Assembly: GCF_006345805.1 (NCBI RefSeq)
Contig: NC_042998.1
Coordinates: 1,984,001-2,048,000 of the forward strand
DNA from: Octopus sinensis
Taxonomy: Eukaryota
Reading direction: 5' to 3'
Length of the DNA stretch: 64,000 nucleotides
The notes below the pieces were generated by a model, which made no database searches, was not told the DNA's origin, and saw nothing but the letters and a program-made list of their open reading frames with translations. Below, piece after piece: positions 63,483-64,000 of this stretch (the first letter of the stretch is position 1; every line of letters starts with the position of its first letter). A program made the translations under genes and the position numbers.

Positions 63483-63835
63483 CAGGAGTGGCTGTGTGGT
63501 AAAGAGCTTGCTTAGCAGCCACATGGTTCCGGGTTCAGTCCCGCTCAGTGACACCTTAAGTAAGTGTCTTCTATTATAACCAGGTCGACCAAAGTGTTGT
63601 GAGTGGATTTGGTAAACGGAAACTGAAAGAAGCCCGTATATATTTCTGTTTGTTCCCCCACCACCACCATCGCTTGACAACCGATGTTGGTGTGTTTACG
63701 TCCTCGTAACTTGTAGGTTCAGCAAAAGAAACCGATAGAAAAAATACTAGGCTTACAAAGAATAAGTCCTGGGGTCGATTTGTTAGACTAAAGGTGGTGC
63801 TCCAGCATGACCGCAGTCAAATGAATAAAAGAAAG
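63483..63835 (+). mobile_element. tRNA-derived SINE, family 1
   Basis: Full-length homologue of the copy at 37888. Confidence 0.85.
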
Positions 63836-63887
63836 AACTTAAGCATACATCTATCACTTTTAGATTATATTATAATGTATTAATAAA

Positions 63888-64000
63888 TTGCAGCGTGGAA
63901 GGTGTTTATAAGCCATTTAAGAAACACACAAAAACCGTTAGATTCACTTCAACATTTTAATTTCATTTGTCAAAATATTTTCGTCGTTTTGGGACCGCGA
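63888..64000 (-). mobile_element. Further dispersed copy of the hammerhead-bearing short element, cut by the window end
   Basis: Near-identical to 24868-24975. Confidence 0.8.

Overview
AT-rich animal genomic DNA. The SINE, RTE and MITE content resembles what I recall from octopus/cephalopod genomes; this is an inference. Protein-coding content: (i) the last two exons of an unidentified gene (+, 496-4759); (ii) a complete three-exon MMS22L (-, 15849-7567, about 1254 aa); (iii) a complete nine-exon eIF3j (+, 21426-59559, 229 aa), transcribed divergently from MMS22L. The main finding is in the 22.3-kb intron 5 of eIF3j. It holds a sense-strand tandem array of about 130-nt box H/ACA snoRNA-like elements: 22 complete copies, 5 half copies and 1 degenerate copy. 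The H (ANANNA) and ACA boxes are nearly invariant, the stems show compensatory changes, and the guide pockets have diversified. The youngest part of the array (about 40.2-55.1 kb) is a 2.5-3.2-kb higher-order repeat. Each unit carries one co-oriented minimal hammerhead ribozyme motif with an unusual G3:C8 core swap, and two units carry a solo LTR. Elsewhere there are two canonical hammerheads in an inverted repeat, an RTE LINE remnant, two mariner remnants, a Helitron, several MITEs and many SINEs. All structures were folded and aligned by eye, and rRNA sequences and numbering are from memory.
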